DNA of 62,572 nt from an uncultured Myxococcales bacterium (GTDB taxonomy: Bacteria; Myxococcota_A; Polyangia; Fen-1088). Shown here one piece after another: positions 29,292 through 39,089 of the stretch. The stretch lies in NCBI GenBank assembly GCA_964431675.1, contig CAYSKR010000110.1:1-62572 (forward strand), given 5' to 3'. The stretch's first letter is position 1. Every line of letters begins with the position of its first letter. Both the position numbers and the translations under genes were made by a program. The notes beneath the pieces were generated by a model. It did no database searches. It saw only the letters and a list, made by a program, of their open reading frames with translations, and was not told the origin of the DNA.

Positions 29292-32200
29292 GGGTACTCC
29301 ACCCCGATGCGCTCGTCCTTTATATAGGGAAACTCGTCGGGCAAATACTTCGAAAGATTCTCACGCGCCTTCTTGACGTAGTCGTTGGTGACGCCAAGCT
29401 GGGCCGCTCTTTCAAGGGTGGCCTTCCATTCGGTCTTGGCCGTGTCTTCGATCGGCGTCACAAACTGATAGATGGCGTCCTTGTACTGCGTCAAAGCTTC
29501 GCCGCACAGACTTGGATCGGCGCGGCACGCCTTCTTATCGATCGACTTGACCTCGTCAGGGGGCGCGTCGGCTGCCTTGACCAGCTTCTGCGCGAACTCG
29601 TAGAAGATGTCGCCGCGGCGCAAAAACGAAGCCAGGGTCCAGGTGGCATCCTTGTAATCCCACACCCGCTTGTACTCTTCCTGCAGCGCTCTGGCCTCGG
29701 CGATGAAAGCATCAATGACCGCCTTGGCTTTCTTCGTCTCGGTTAGCCGCAGTTGCTTGGCCTTGAACACGTTGAACTTGTCGTCGAGCAGCAGGTACTC
29801 AGCCTTGGCCGCCGCAGCGGCCGCCGGCGTCGCGGGCGGCAGATGCCGCGCTAAAAACTCGTTGCGCACCTTCTGATAGGCGGCCAAAACGTCCTTGCGA
29901 TTGCGGCTCTGCTGCTCGGTGAGCGTCGCCTTCTTGAGGTAAGCGTCGATGACGTAGTCGCCGGCGTCCTGCGCTCCGGAATAGCGCCGGATGAGCTCAT
30001 CGAGACACTGGCGATACTTGCCGTAATCCTTGGCCTTCTCGTAGTCGTTGCAGGCGTTCATGTAGGCCTGCGCGGCATCCTTGGGCTTGTCGGCAACCGC
30101 GTCGGCGTACTGCTTGAAGAGCTGCGCGGCGCGCGGGTACTGCTGATCGTTGTCGACCAGGATCGCCGCCTTGCCGAGGGCCTCCTTGCGATGCTCGTTG
30201 CCGGTAAACTTTGGGTCGGTGGCGACCTTGGTGTAGTAGGCGACCGCCTTGTCGAACTCGAACGCGCGGCTGTAGTTGTTGGCCGCGTTCCAGGTGGCTT
30301 CCTTGCCCAGCGCCGTATCACCGTAGTCGCGCGCCAGACGCTCGTAGCACTTGGTGGCTTCCGCCGGCTGGAAGAGCTTTTCGTAGATGACGCACGCGTT
30401 GTTCAGGTTGTTGGGCGCGTCCTCTTCCTTCGGGCTCTCGTTGACCAGATCCATCAGGTCCAGCGCGAGGCTGGCATCAAGGCCCGAGGCGATTGCCTTG
30501 CTACCTGGGGCCGGAGCCACGCCCGGCTTGGTGGTCGCCACACCGCGCACGATGTCGATGCCGCCGGTGCCTTCCTTGCAACGGGCCACCTGCTTCGAGG
30601 TGCCTTTCTCTTCGTTCTCGATCTCGTTCTGCGCCGTCTGCGTGATCACGGTCGAGCGCACCGAGCTCTTGATCTGCTTGATGCGCGCGATGAACTCACC
30701 GCCGTTCTGCGACTTGGCACACGGCGATTCGCTGAACTGCTCGGCAATCGCCAGGAGTCGTCCGAGGGCACAGTCCTTTTGTTCAGCGTCGGGAACCAGG
30801 TAGTCGATGAAGTAGGTCTGCAGCAGCGACTGGTAAGCCGTGAGGCCCACGTCGGACTGCGTACCGCAATAGGTATCAGCCACCGACTGCAAGCGCTTCC
30901 GGCCCTCGGGCCAGTCCTTGTAGCGCAGCACCATGACGGCGGCCGCATACTTCATGCCGGGGACCTTCTCGTCCTTCAGGTTGGCGACGTACCAGTCGAG
31001 CGCGCCCAGGTACTTGGTGTAGATCTCGGGCAGCGCAATCGGCGTCACCGGTGGCTTGGTGTTCTTCTCGTCGGGGATCGGCGGATCCTCGAGCTGCTTC
31101 GCCACCTTCATCCGATCGATGATCGCCTCGTACGACTTGATGATCTGAAACGCCGCCGTGACCTGGTTCTTGTTGTCGAGGACCGAGTCACGGACCAGCG
31201 TGTAGGCCGCGATGGCCGCATCGAACTGGTCGGAGAAATACAGCGCGTCGGCGTAGAAGGCGGAAAAGTCATAAGCCTGCTTCGAGTTCGGATAGGCGAC
31301 CAGATACTTTTCGTAAAGCTCGCCAGCGTTCTTGTACAGGACTTTGCACTGCAAAAGCTTGCTCGTGTCCGACTGGTTCTTCTGCCACTGATCCTTGCAC
31401 CCCTGCGCCGCCGCATGCACGTTGGTGGCCGCGATCAGCAAGGCGTCCTCGGCCAGCTGCTGCGCCACCGCCAGGGCTTCGGGGTTGTCCTTGTTCTTGT
31501 CGAACCAGGCCGTGCCCTTGGTGTAGTTGCGCCCCAGCAGCTCGCGCTCTTTCGCTGCGGCTTCAAGATTGCGGTCGCGCTCGAACGCCTTGACGATCTT
31601 CTCCTGCACCTGGGGGGCTTCGATGTAGTATGGCCACTTCGCCAAAAGAGCGCGGTAAACGGCGATCGCCTCGGGGAACTTCGTCTGATCGAAGTAGATG
31701 TCGCCGAGGCGCTGGTAGACCTCGCGCACGTGCGGCTCGACCTCGCGGCCGGCGTAGAACTTTTCCATGCGAGCAAGGCCGGTCTCGGGGTCGGGCAGGG
31801 TGTCGCCGTCCCAGTCCGACTCGTTGAAGCTGATGCCCAGGTACTGCACCGCTTCGGGACGCAAATCAGAGCCGAATTTTTCGCCCGAACTCTTGCGCCC
31901 GTCGGCCCATTTCACCAGGCCATCGAATTCCTTGATGGCCTCGGAAAAGCGGTTGTCGCGGTAATACGACCACGCCAGCTTGTACAGCGCCTTGTCGTAA
32001 TAGGTCGAATCGGGAAACTCCAGCACCTTCCCGTAGGCACCGATGGCCAGGCCCAGCTCGGCGTTGTCGAAGTGCATCTCGCCCACCCGGGTCCATGCCT
32101 CGGCGAGAAACTTCGAATCCTTTTTTACAGGCACGCAATCCTTGTAAACCTCCGCCGAGGCGGAGCGCGACGCCAGCGCGCCACCCCGGGAAACCTGCGG

Positions 32201-32851
32201 CGGCGGCGGCGGATCGAGCGGCTTGTATCGATTCGAGCAAGTCATGGCGAGCAGCACCTGCTTGGCCTCGGCATCCTGGCCCATTTCGCCCAGGCAAAAG
32301 CCCAGCAAGTAGTACGCGGCGTCGAGCAATCGGTAATTCGGAAACTCGGTGAGCAGGCGGCGGTACAGGTCCACCGTGTTGGCGTAGTTGGGCCTGGGCG
32401 ATGGCGTCGTGGGCGGGGTCGGCGAATCGAGCGCCTTCTGGTACTCCTCCTGGATGGTGAGGAACTCGTCGGACGACTTCTCGTAATAAAGTTCCGCCAG
32501 CCGGAACATCGCGTCCGGGGTCCAGCGCCGATCATTGGGGTACCTGCGCAGGAACTGCTCGAACATCGCGATGGCGTCGAGCCGCCGCTCCCGCTCTTCC
32601 TTCTCATTCAAAGAAATCAGTGGCTCGTACTTGGACTTGATGCCCTTCATCTTGTCGATGTAGGCGCGACGAATGACCACGTTGGCGGCAGCCCGGTAGC
32701 CCTTCACCGCTTCGCTGAAGCGCGCCACGTCGTTGGCCATTTCCTCGAGCTGCTGCGGATCGAGCGTGGCGGGCGCGGAAGCGGCGTGAGCGAGGCTGGT
32801 CGCGATCATCCCGAGCGCACCGAACACAGCGGCGGGCGCGATGCGCGTCAC
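29288..32851 (-). CDS. large (1187 aa) secreted TPR-repeat protein, GltD/AgmU (NfsD)-like
   Basis: Signal peptide MTRIAPAAVFGALGMIATSLAHA. TPR-like helical repeats throughout. Size and position match AgmU-type proteins. 4-nt overlaps at both ends. Confidence 0.7.
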   Translation of the reverse strand: MTRIAPAAVFGALGMIATSLAHAASAPATLDPQQLEEMANDVARFSEAVKGYRAAANVVIRRAYIDKMKGIKSKYEPLISLNEKEERERRLDAIAMFEQFLRRYPNDRRWTPDAMFRLAELYYEKSSDEFLTIQEEYQKALDSPTPPTTPSPRPNYANTVDLYRRLLTEFPNYRLLDAAYYLLGFCLGEMGQDAEAKQVLLAMTCSNRYKPLDPPPPPQVSRGGALASRSASAEVYKDCVPVKKDSKFLAEAWTRVGEMHFDNAELGLAIGAYGKVLEFPDSTYYDKALYKLAWSYYRDNRFSEAIKEFDGLVKWADGRKSSGEKFGSDLRPEAVQYLGISFNESDWDGDTLPDPETGLARMEKFYAGREVEPHVREVYQRLGDIYFDQTKFPEAIAVYRALLAKWPYYIEAPQVQEKIVKAFERDRNLEAAAKERELLGRNYTKGTAWFDKNKDNPEALAVAQQLAEDALLIAATNVHAAAQGCKDQWQKNQSDTSKLLQCKVLYKNAGELYEKYLVAYPNSKQAYDFSAFYADALYFSDQFDAAIAAYTLVRDSVLDNKNQVTAAFQIIKSYEAIIDRMKVAKQLEDPPIPDEKNTKPPVTPIALPEIYTKYLGALDWYVANLKDEKVPGMKYAAAVMVLRYKDWPEGRKRLQSVADTYCGTQSDVGLTAYQSLLQTYFIDYLVPDAEQKDCALGRLLAIAEQFSESPCAKSQNGGEFIARIKQIKSSVRSTVITQTAQNEIENEEKGTSKQVARCKEGTGGIDIVRGVATTKPGVAPAPGSKAIASGLDASLALDLMDLVNESPKEEDAPNNLNNACVIYEKLFQPAEATKCYERLARDYGDTALGKEATWNAANNYSRAFEFDKAVAYYTKVATDPKFTGNEHRKEALGKAAILVDNDQQYPRAAQLFKQYADAVADKPKDAAQAYMNACNDYEKAKDYGKYRQCLDELIRRYSGAQDAGDYVIDAYLKKATLTEQQSRNRKDVLAAYQKVRNEFLARHLPPATPAAAAAAKAEYLLLDDKFNVFKAKQLRLTETKKAKAVIDAFIAEARALQEEYKRVWDYKDATWTLASFLRRGDIFYEFAQKLVKAADAPPDEVKSIDKKACRADPSLCGEALTQYKDAIYQFVTPIEDTAKTEWKATLERAAQLGVTNDYVKKARENLSKYLPDEFPYIKDERIGVEYP

Positions 32852-35199
32852 TTCTGGTCCTCCTCAAGCAAGGACTTGAAGTCGTCCTCGATCGACTTGA
32901 GCTCCAACTTTTGCATGTTGATGAGCTTCGACACCGCGCTGGTTTTTTGATCTTTGAGGCCCCACGACACGTCGATGAGGCCGACGTCGGACTGCACCAC
33001 CAGCTCGTAGAATCGGTCGCTGACCTTGGTGAGCATGGCGGACGCGAGCCCACCGCCGAGGCTCTGCGACTCGGACATGAGGCCACCGAGGCGCGCGGTG
33101 GCTTGCTGCAACTGCGCCTGCTCGATCACCATGCGCTCCTTGACCGAAACCAGGCGCTGATCGGCCGCGGCATCGATCCGGCCGTCAAATTCCGCCAGTT
33201 GCGTCTGCACGACATCGGCTCGTCGCAAGACCGAGGCCACCGCATCGAACTCACCCCGCGCACCCGACGGCAGACGCGGCTGCACTTTGGCGAGCTCTTC
33301 CAGCTCGGCCTTCATGAGGTCGGACAGCCGAAGCGTTGCCCTGCGCTCACCCGGGTCGGAACCAGACGTGGCTGCTTCCTGGGCGGTCACCTCGATCTCG
33401 CGCCGGACCTTCTCCAGCGCGGTCTGGGCGACCGCAATCTCGGTCCGCAGGTCGGCCACTGGCCCCTGCAAATCCTCCGGGCGAATCTTCTGCTCGGCCC
33501 GCGAGGTAACGTAGTACTGCTCGATGGCGATGAGTTCGGCTTCGAGCGAGCGGATAAGGACGTTGAGCTCCGACGCCTGGGCGTCGAATCCCGTCACCGC
33601 ACCGCGCACGTTCCGGTCTCTTTCCTTGAGTGCTGCGGCGGACATCGGCAAAGCCTGCGTCTGCTGTTCGAGCAGTGCCCGCTCGCTTGCGATGCGATCG
33701 ATGGCCAGCTTTTCCTCGGCGGACAGGTGCGAAGCCACGAGGCCCCGCAACCGGCCAGCAAAGCGGCCACGGATGTCCATGGTCTGGTTCAAGATTTCGA
33801 CCGAATCCGTGCGCGCATTCGACAGATCCGAAAAAAGGCCCGACCGGCCCACGCCCGTGACCGCGCGATCAAGACGATCCATGAGCTGCTCGGAAGCCCG
33901 CATGTCGCGCTTTATCTCGCTCACCTCCTCGACCAGCGCGAGCATGCGCTCCATCTCGACGTCGGGCTTGATCCACTTGGCCGCCGCCGGGGGCACAAAC
34001 GCCGCGATGTTGAACTTGTCGAGGTTCTTGCCGATCAGGTTCTCGAAGTATTTGGCGTCCGACTGCGACCGCACCTTCTGCTCGCCAACCTGCTTGAGCA
34101 GGGGCTCGAACTGGTCGCGCATCTCGCTGAAGTTGCCGTTGGCGACAAAGAAGTTGCCGAGGCGCAGGTTCAAGTTGCCCATGAGCAACCGAAGTTCCGG
34201 TGCCTGGGAACCGTTGGCGTCCTGGAGCAGCAGCAAGTCCAGGGCGCGGTATGCGCTCTTGAAGTCCTTTGCCTTGATCGCGTTCCACGCCGACTCGTAC
34301 ATGGACTCGGTGAAGTACTTGGAATCCCTGGGCACGGCCGCGTACGCATCCCGCGCCTTGTCGAACTGGCCGCGGTCGAAATACACCCGGCCAATGGCCA
34401 TGTGGGCCAGATCCTGAATTTCCTTTTCGTCGTCGCTGCGCGCCTGGATGCGCAGCACCATGTCGAACGCGGTGGCGGCGTCGGCCATTTCGCCCTGCTT
34501 GACCGAGATGGTGGCGATGAAATAGCGCGCCTGCATGTAATAGGGACTCGTCGGCGCGATGCCGCCGAACGAGGCCAGGGCCACGTCGAGCTTGCCGCGA
34601 AAATAACTGTATTTGCCGCGCACGTAGGGGACCGACGCCTCCAGTTTCTGCTGCGGCACCTTGTCGAGACGGCCGAGGTAGCCATCGACGTTGCCGTAGT
34701 CGTCGGTGCGCAGCGCGATCTCGACCAGGCGCTGCAGCGCCCGCTGCTCGGCCCGGGAACCGGTCTCCTTGGTAATCGCCTGCTCGAAGTAGCGCCGCGC
34801 CGAGTTCAGATCCTTGCCGAGAAAGCGCGCTTCGCCGAGGAGCAGAACCGCATCGTCAAACGCGCGCGAATTGGGATACTTCTCGATGACGTCGAGCAGC
34901 ATGATCGCTGCCTCGTCGTAGTTTTTTAGCTCGAACAACGTTTGCGCCGCGATCACGCGACGGTCGGCCACCAGCGGATCGGACTGCGCGGCCTGGTTGT
35001 CGCGGAACTCGGCGGCTATCTGCCGGACCCTGCCATCGAGTTCAAACAACTTCTTGTTGGCATCGTCGAAGTCGTCGGCCAGGGCCGCCGCAGATCCGAA
35101 CAGAACCACGCCCATGGCCAACGCAGCCGGGCGACCGCTCCGCGGTCTCGCCAGCCACGCGCCGCGCCGGTCGCGGATCGGATGCTCATCCTCGTGCAT
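32848..35199 (-). CDS. TPR plus long coiled-coil envelope protein in the GltC/NfsC position
   Basis: Hydrophobic N-terminal segment. TPR-like N-terminal half (AQTLFELKNYDEAAIMLLDVIEKYPNS...). The C-terminal roughly 350 aa is heptad-rich and Glu/Arg/Leu/Ala/Gln-rich. Confidence 0.65.
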   Translation of the reverse strand: MHEDEHPIRDRRGAWLARPRSGRPAALAMGVVLFGSAAALADDFDDANKKLFELDGRVRQIAAEFRDNQAAQSDPLVADRRVIAAQTLFELKNYDEAAIMLLDVIEKYPNSRAFDDAVLLLGEARFLGKDLNSARRYFEQAITKETGSRAEQRALQRLVEIALRTDDYGNVDGYLGRLDKVPQQKLEASVPYVRGKYSYFRGKLDVALASFGGIAPTSPYYMQARYFIATISVKQGEMADAATAFDMVLRIQARSDDEKEIQDLAHMAIGRVYFDRGQFDKARDAYAAVPRDSKYFTESMYESAWNAIKAKDFKSAYRALDLLLLQDANGSQAPELRLLMGNLNLRLGNFFVANGNFSEMRDQFEPLLKQVGEQKVRSQSDAKYFENLIGKNLDKFNIAAFVPPAAAKWIKPDVEMERMLALVEEVSEIKRDMRASEQLMDRLDRAVTGVGRSGLFSDLSNARTDSVEILNQTMDIRGRFAGRLRGLVASHLSAEEKLAIDRIASERALLEQQTQALPMSAAALKERDRNVRGAVTGFDAQASELNVLIRSLEAELIAIEQYYVTSRAEQKIRPEDLQGPVADLRTEIAVAQTALEKVRREIEVTAQEAATSGSDPGERRATLRLSDLMKAELEELAKVQPRLPSGARGEFDAVASVLRRADVVQTQLAEFDGRIDAAADQRLVSVKERMVIEQAQLQQATARLGGLMSESQSLGGGLASAMLTKVSDRFYELVVQSDVGLIDVSWGLKDQKTSAVSKLINMQKLELKSIEDDFKSLLEEDQK

Positions 35200-35205
35200 G
35201 CCCCG

Positions 35206-35919
35206 TCACTTCTTCGCCGCGGTGCCGCTGCCCTCCGGGTTCATCACGTTCACGCGAAACTGGATGTCCGGCTTCTCTTCCATGTTCGTGGTGATGCCGC
35301 CCTTTTCAAACCCGACGACCGTGACGACCGTCGCCTTGCCTTCGGCCGCGACGAAGGTGTTGCTGGCGCGCACGTTGAACTTGTAGCCCTTCAGGTAACT
35401 GAAAACCCCGAATCCGTTGCCCTGGTACTGCAAGCTCACGGAAAGCGAGTGCGATCCCTGCTGAATCGCGCCGTTGTAGATGTCGAACTCGCCCATGTCG
35501 GCGAGGTGCCCGCTGTCATCAGCCCGGCTGAAGATCTGAACCCCGTCGAGCGCGTAGACGGCCTTGATGAGCTTGAAGGTTCCGCTCATCTCGTTCTTGT
35601 GACGGATGATGCCCCGGGACGCGCCGATGTGGACGCCAAGGACCGTTTCCTTGAGCAGGTTGAGGCGCGCCTTGGTGCGAAAAACCTGCTCCTTGAGTTC
35701 GTTGACGTTGCGCTCAAGGGCCTTGAGCCGGACGTTGTAGCCGCCGCTATCGGCGGAACCTGCCGACGAAGCCGCCGGCGCGGCGAGCGGCGCGGCGGGC
35801 GGCACGGCGCTTGCGCCTTGAGCGAGCACCACCGCGGAAGGCATGGCGAACAACACCGCCGTGCCCAGAACAACGCTGCAAACACCCGTGAGAATTCGCC
35901 AAGTTGGAACGCGCGTCAT
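35206..35919 (-). CDS. secreted protein with short coiled coil and beta-rich domain (first gene of the string)
   Basis: GGGAG RBS. Signal peptide ...VVLGTAVLFAMPSAVVLAQG. Coiled segment NVRLKALERNVNELKEQVFRTKARLNLLKE, then a beta-strand pattern. Confidence 0.6.
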   Translation of the reverse strand: MTRVPTWRILTGVCSVVLGTAVLFAMPSAVVLAQGASAVPPAAPLAAPAASSAGSADSGGYNVRLKALERNVNELKEQVFRTKARLNLLKETVLGVHIGASRGIIRHKNEMSGTFKLIKAVYALDGVQIFSRADDSGHLADMGEFDIYNGAIQQGSHSLSVSLQYQGNGFGVFSYLKGYKFNVRASNTFVAAEGKATVVTVVGFEKGGITTNMEEKPDIQFRVNVMNPEGSGTAAKK

Positions 35920-36010
35920 GTCGAAGCTCCCGAGTGTCTTTGAGGGTACGCCTCGCCCCGTGCGGACGAGGACGGCGGGCGTCTTCTATACCAGGCCATG
36001 GGAAGGTGAG

Positions 36011-37045
36011 TCAAAATAGGAACCCCTTGACCTTTGACCCCTTGAGCACCTGCCAGGCGGCTTCGCACACCTCGGACACCCCTTCGCCAGTGACGGCGCT
36101 GATGCCGTAGAGGCGAATCCCGCGTTTCTGCAGAGCGCGAGCCAGGGCAGGTAGCTTGCGGCGGGTTTCGGGCAAGTCGATCTTGTTGAGCGCGGCGATC
36201 TGGGGCCGCGCGGCCAGATCGGCGTCGTAAAGCTCGAGCTCGCGGCAGATCGTGTCGAAGTCTTTGAGCGGCGTCCGGCCCGGCTCGGGGCTGACTTCGA
36301 GCAGATGCACAAGCACGCGCGTGCGTTCGAGGTGCTTGAGAAAACGGTGGCCGAGGCCGAGGCCGGCGTGCGCGCCCTTGACCAGTCCGGGCACGTCGGC
36401 GACCACAAACGTGCGCAACGACTCGTGGTCCCCGGGGAGTTGCACCACGCCCAGGTTCGGCACCAGGGTGGTGAAGGGATAATCGGCGATGCGCGGGCGC
36501 GCAGCGGAAATGCGCGCGATCAAAGAAGACTTGCCCACGTTGGGAAAGCCGAGGAGGCCCACGTCGGCGAGCAATTTGAGCTCGAGGCGAACGGTGCGCT
36601 CTTGCCCCGCCGAGCCGCGCTCGGCCCGACGCGGCGCCCGATCGGTCGACGTGGCGAAGTGAATGTTGCCCCGGCCGCCCCGGCCGCCAATCGCAATCAC
36701 GAATTTCTCGCCGTCGCTGCGCAGGTCGGCGACCTGTTCTCCGGTTTTATCCACGAACACCTGCGTCCCGATGGGCACCCGCAGGAAGGTGTCGAGGCCA
36801 CCCTTGCCGTACATGTCCTTGTTGGCACCGGGCTCTCCCGTCGCTGCAATGACACGCCGCTTGCTGCGAAAATCGAGCAGGGTCGAAAGCCCCTCGGCCG
36901 CCACCAGAACGACGCTGCCGCCGTTGCCGCCGTCACCGCCGGAAGGCCCCCCCTTGGGCACGAACTTCTCGCGGCGAAACGCGACCTTGCCGTCGCCACC
37001 GTCGCCACCGCGAACGTAGATGACGGCTTCATCGATGAAGGTCAT
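36011..37045 (-). CDS. obg: GTPase Obg/CgtA
   Basis: MTFIDEAVIYVRGGDGGDGKVAFRREKFVPKGGPSGGDGGNGGSV..., GFPNVGKSS, DVPGL. Confidence 0.95.
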   Translation of the reverse strand: MTFIDEAVIYVRGGDGGDGKVAFRREKFVPKGGPSGGDGGNGGSVVLVAAEGLSTLLDFRSKRRVIAATGEPGANKDMYGKGGLDTFLRVPIGTQVFVDKTGEQVADLRSDGEKFVIAIGGRGGRGNIHFATSTDRAPRRAERGSAGQERTVRLELKLLADVGLLGFPNVGKSSLIARISAARPRIADYPFTTLVPNLGVVQLPGDHESLRTFVVADVPGLVKGAHAGLGLGHRFLKHLERTRVLVHLLEVSPEPGRTPLKDFDTICRELELYDADLAARPQIAALNKIDLPETRRKLPALARALQKRGIRLYGISAVTGEGVSEVCEAAWQVLKGSKVKGFLF

Positions 37046-37088
37046 CGCGGCACCAACGGACGATCACAAAAGGGCAATCGCCCGCGCG

Positions 37089-37364
37089 CTACGCTGCCGA
37101 TTTCACGGGCAACTTCAACGGGTCAACGGCGACGACTTTGCGCGATCCCGCACGCTTGTAGCGCACGAGACCCTCTTTGAGCGCAAACAACGTGAAGTCG
37201 CGGCCCATGCCGACGTTGATGCCGGGGTGGACCACGGTGCCGACCTGACGCACCAGGATGTTCCCGGCCTTGACATGCTCGCCCGAGAAACGCTTGATGC
37301 CCCGCCGCTGGCCGTGCGAGTCGCGCCCATTGCGGGACGTGCCTTGGCCTTTTTTGTGTGCCAT
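37089..37364 (-). CDS. rpmA: 50S ribosomal protein L27
   Basis: [52 protein letters not shown]. Confidence 0.97.
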   Translation of the reverse strand: MAHKKGQGTSRNGRDSHGQRRGIKRFSGEHVKAGNILVRQVGTVVHPGINVGMGRDFTLFALKEGLVRYKRAGSRKVVAVDPLKLPVKSAA

Positions 37365-37367
37365 GGA

Positions 37368-37685
37368 CTAGGCCTCGACCGTGATGCCGGTGATCTTGAG
37401 CGCCGTGAATGGTTGCCGGTGCCCCTGCTTGCGGCGGTAACTCTTGCGGCGCTTGTACTTGAAAATGATGATCTTCTTGCCCAGGCCTTGCTCGGCGACC
37501 TCCGCCTGCACCTTGACCCCGGCAACTTTCGGCTGGCCGACGTGAACGCTGCCGCCGTCGTCGGCGAACAACAAGGGTTCGAACGTCAGCTTGTCGCCTT
37601 GCGCGGCTAAGAGCTTTTCGACGCGCAAGGTTTCGCCCGCAGCGACGCGGTACTGCTTGCCTCCGGTTTGAATGATGGCGTACAT
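37368..37685 (-). CDS. rplU: 50S ribosomal protein L21
   Basis: [20 protein letters not shown]...[21 protein letters not shown]...I..I. Confidence 0.97.
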   Translation of the reverse strand: MYAIIQTGGKQYRVAAGETLRVEKLLAAQGDKLTFEPLLFADDGGSVHVGQPKVAGVKVQAEVAEQGLGKKIIIFKYKRRKSYRRKQGHRQPFTALKITGITVEA

Positions 37686-37739
37686 GGCTTTGATGCTCCT
37701 CGAAGCGAGCCGGGTAATTTAGAAGATGCCTGGGTTCTG

Positions 37740-39020
37740 TCAAGCACTTGCGGCTTGGCCGCGGATTTTGGTCGCCCGGGCGTGGCCGGACAGGCCTTCC
37801 ACCTCGGCCAGCACAGCGATGTCATCGGCGTGGCGGGCGAGCGCGGCGCGGTCGTACTCGATGAACGACGTCCGCTTGACGAAGTCGCCGACTCCCAGCG
37901 GCGACGTGAACCGCGCACTGCCTCCCGTGGGCAGAACGTGGCTCGGCCCGGCAAAATAGTCGCCCACCGGCTCAGGCGCGTGGCCACCAACAAAGACGGC
38001 ACCCGCGGTGGTGACCAGGGCGGCCAGCGTGGCGGCGTTGTGCAGGGCGATCCCGGCGTGCTCGGGCGCGAGGCAATTGACCACTGCAATCGCCCGCGCG
38101 GGCGTGTCGACGACGATGGCCCATCCCTGCTCCGCCAGCGACTGGCGGGCAATGTCCCGCCGCGGCAGGTCCGCTAGCTGACGGACGATTTCGGCGTTCA
38201 CCCGGTCGGCGACCGCGCGGCCCACCGCCACCAAAATCGGCACTGCCAGCGCGTCGTGTTCCGCCTGCGCGAGCAAATCTGCCGCGATGTGTACTGGCAT
38301 CGCGGTGTCGTCGGCGGCCACCACGACCTCGGTCGGTCCAGCGAGAAAGTCGATGCCCACGTCGCCGTAGACCTGCCGCTTGGCCTCGGTCACGTACGCA
38401 TTGCCCGGACCAACGATCTTGTCGACGCGCGGCACGCTGTCGGTGCCATACGCCAGCGCCGCCACCGCCTGCGCGCCACCGATGACAAACACGCGATCCA
38501 CGCCGGCGATGGACGCCGCAGCCAGGGTTTCGGGCGATGGGCCAGGCGTGGTCATGATGACTTCGGATACCCCGGCGACTTTCGCCGGAATCGCGGTCAT
38601 GAGCACGGTGGAAGGGTAACGAGCGGTGCCGCCCGGCACGTACAAGGCGACGCGCTCAAGCGGACTCACCCGCGAGGCGGTGCGGATGCCGGGTTCGAGA
38701 ATCTCGTACGACGCCGGGATCTGGCGCTCATGAAAAATGCGAATCCTGGCCGCCGCGCGGTCGAGCGCGTCGCGCACCGGCTTTTGCACCTGCGCAGCTC
38801 CCGCGTCCCATTCTGTGCGGGACAACTCCATGGCGGTGATGGTTCGCTGCTCGAAACGCAACGAAAGCTCGCGCACGGCCGCATCTCCTCGGGTACGCAC
38901 GTCCGCCACGATGGTTTTGACGGCGGCGATGATCTGGGGCGACGCTGCGGCGGTTCGCCGGGCGAGCGCACCAATGCGCGCGTCGAAGTCGGCATCGGTC
39001 GAAGAAAGAATCCTGAGCAT
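37740..39020 (-). CDS. hisD: histidinol dehydrogenase
   Basis: Length 426 aa. ...ALYVPGGTARYPSTVLM..., LLAQAEHD, FVGGHAPEPVGDYFAGPSHVLPTGGSARF. Confidence 0.93.
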   Translation of the reverse strand: MLRILSSTDADFDARIGALARRTAAASPQIIAAVKTIVADVRTRGDAAVRELSLRFEQRTITAMELSRTEWDAGAAQVQKPVRDALDRAAARIRIFHERQIPASYEILEPGIRTASRVSPLERVALYVPGGTARYPSTVLMTAIPAKVAGVSEVIMTTPGPSPETLAAASIAGVDRVFVIGGAQAVAALAYGTDSVPRVDKIVGPGNAYVTEAKRQVYGDVGIDFLAGPTEVVVAADDTAMPVHIAADLLAQAEHDALAVPILVAVGRAVADRVNAEIVRQLADLPRRDIARQSLAEQGWAIVVDTPARAIAVVNCLAPEHAGIALHNAATLAALVTTAGAVFVGGHAPEPVGDYFAGPSHVLPTGGSARFTSPLGVGDFVKRTSFIEYDRAALARHADDIAVLAEVEGLSGHARATKIRGQAASA

Positions 39021-39089
39021 GACGGTGCCAAGGGTAGCACCCCAATGTGGCAGGCGGGCGGTGACGCCTGAATGCTGGTGGCCCTGGCC

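Noticed and set aside
30191-34929. Plus-strand ORFs of 919 aa (30191..32950) and 672 aa (32911..34929)
   Set aside because: They are antisense to the TPR genes, whose translations have signal peptides, TPR periodicity and coupled start/stop overlaps. The plus-strand translations are Arg/Leu/Gly/Val-rich with no recognisable motif.
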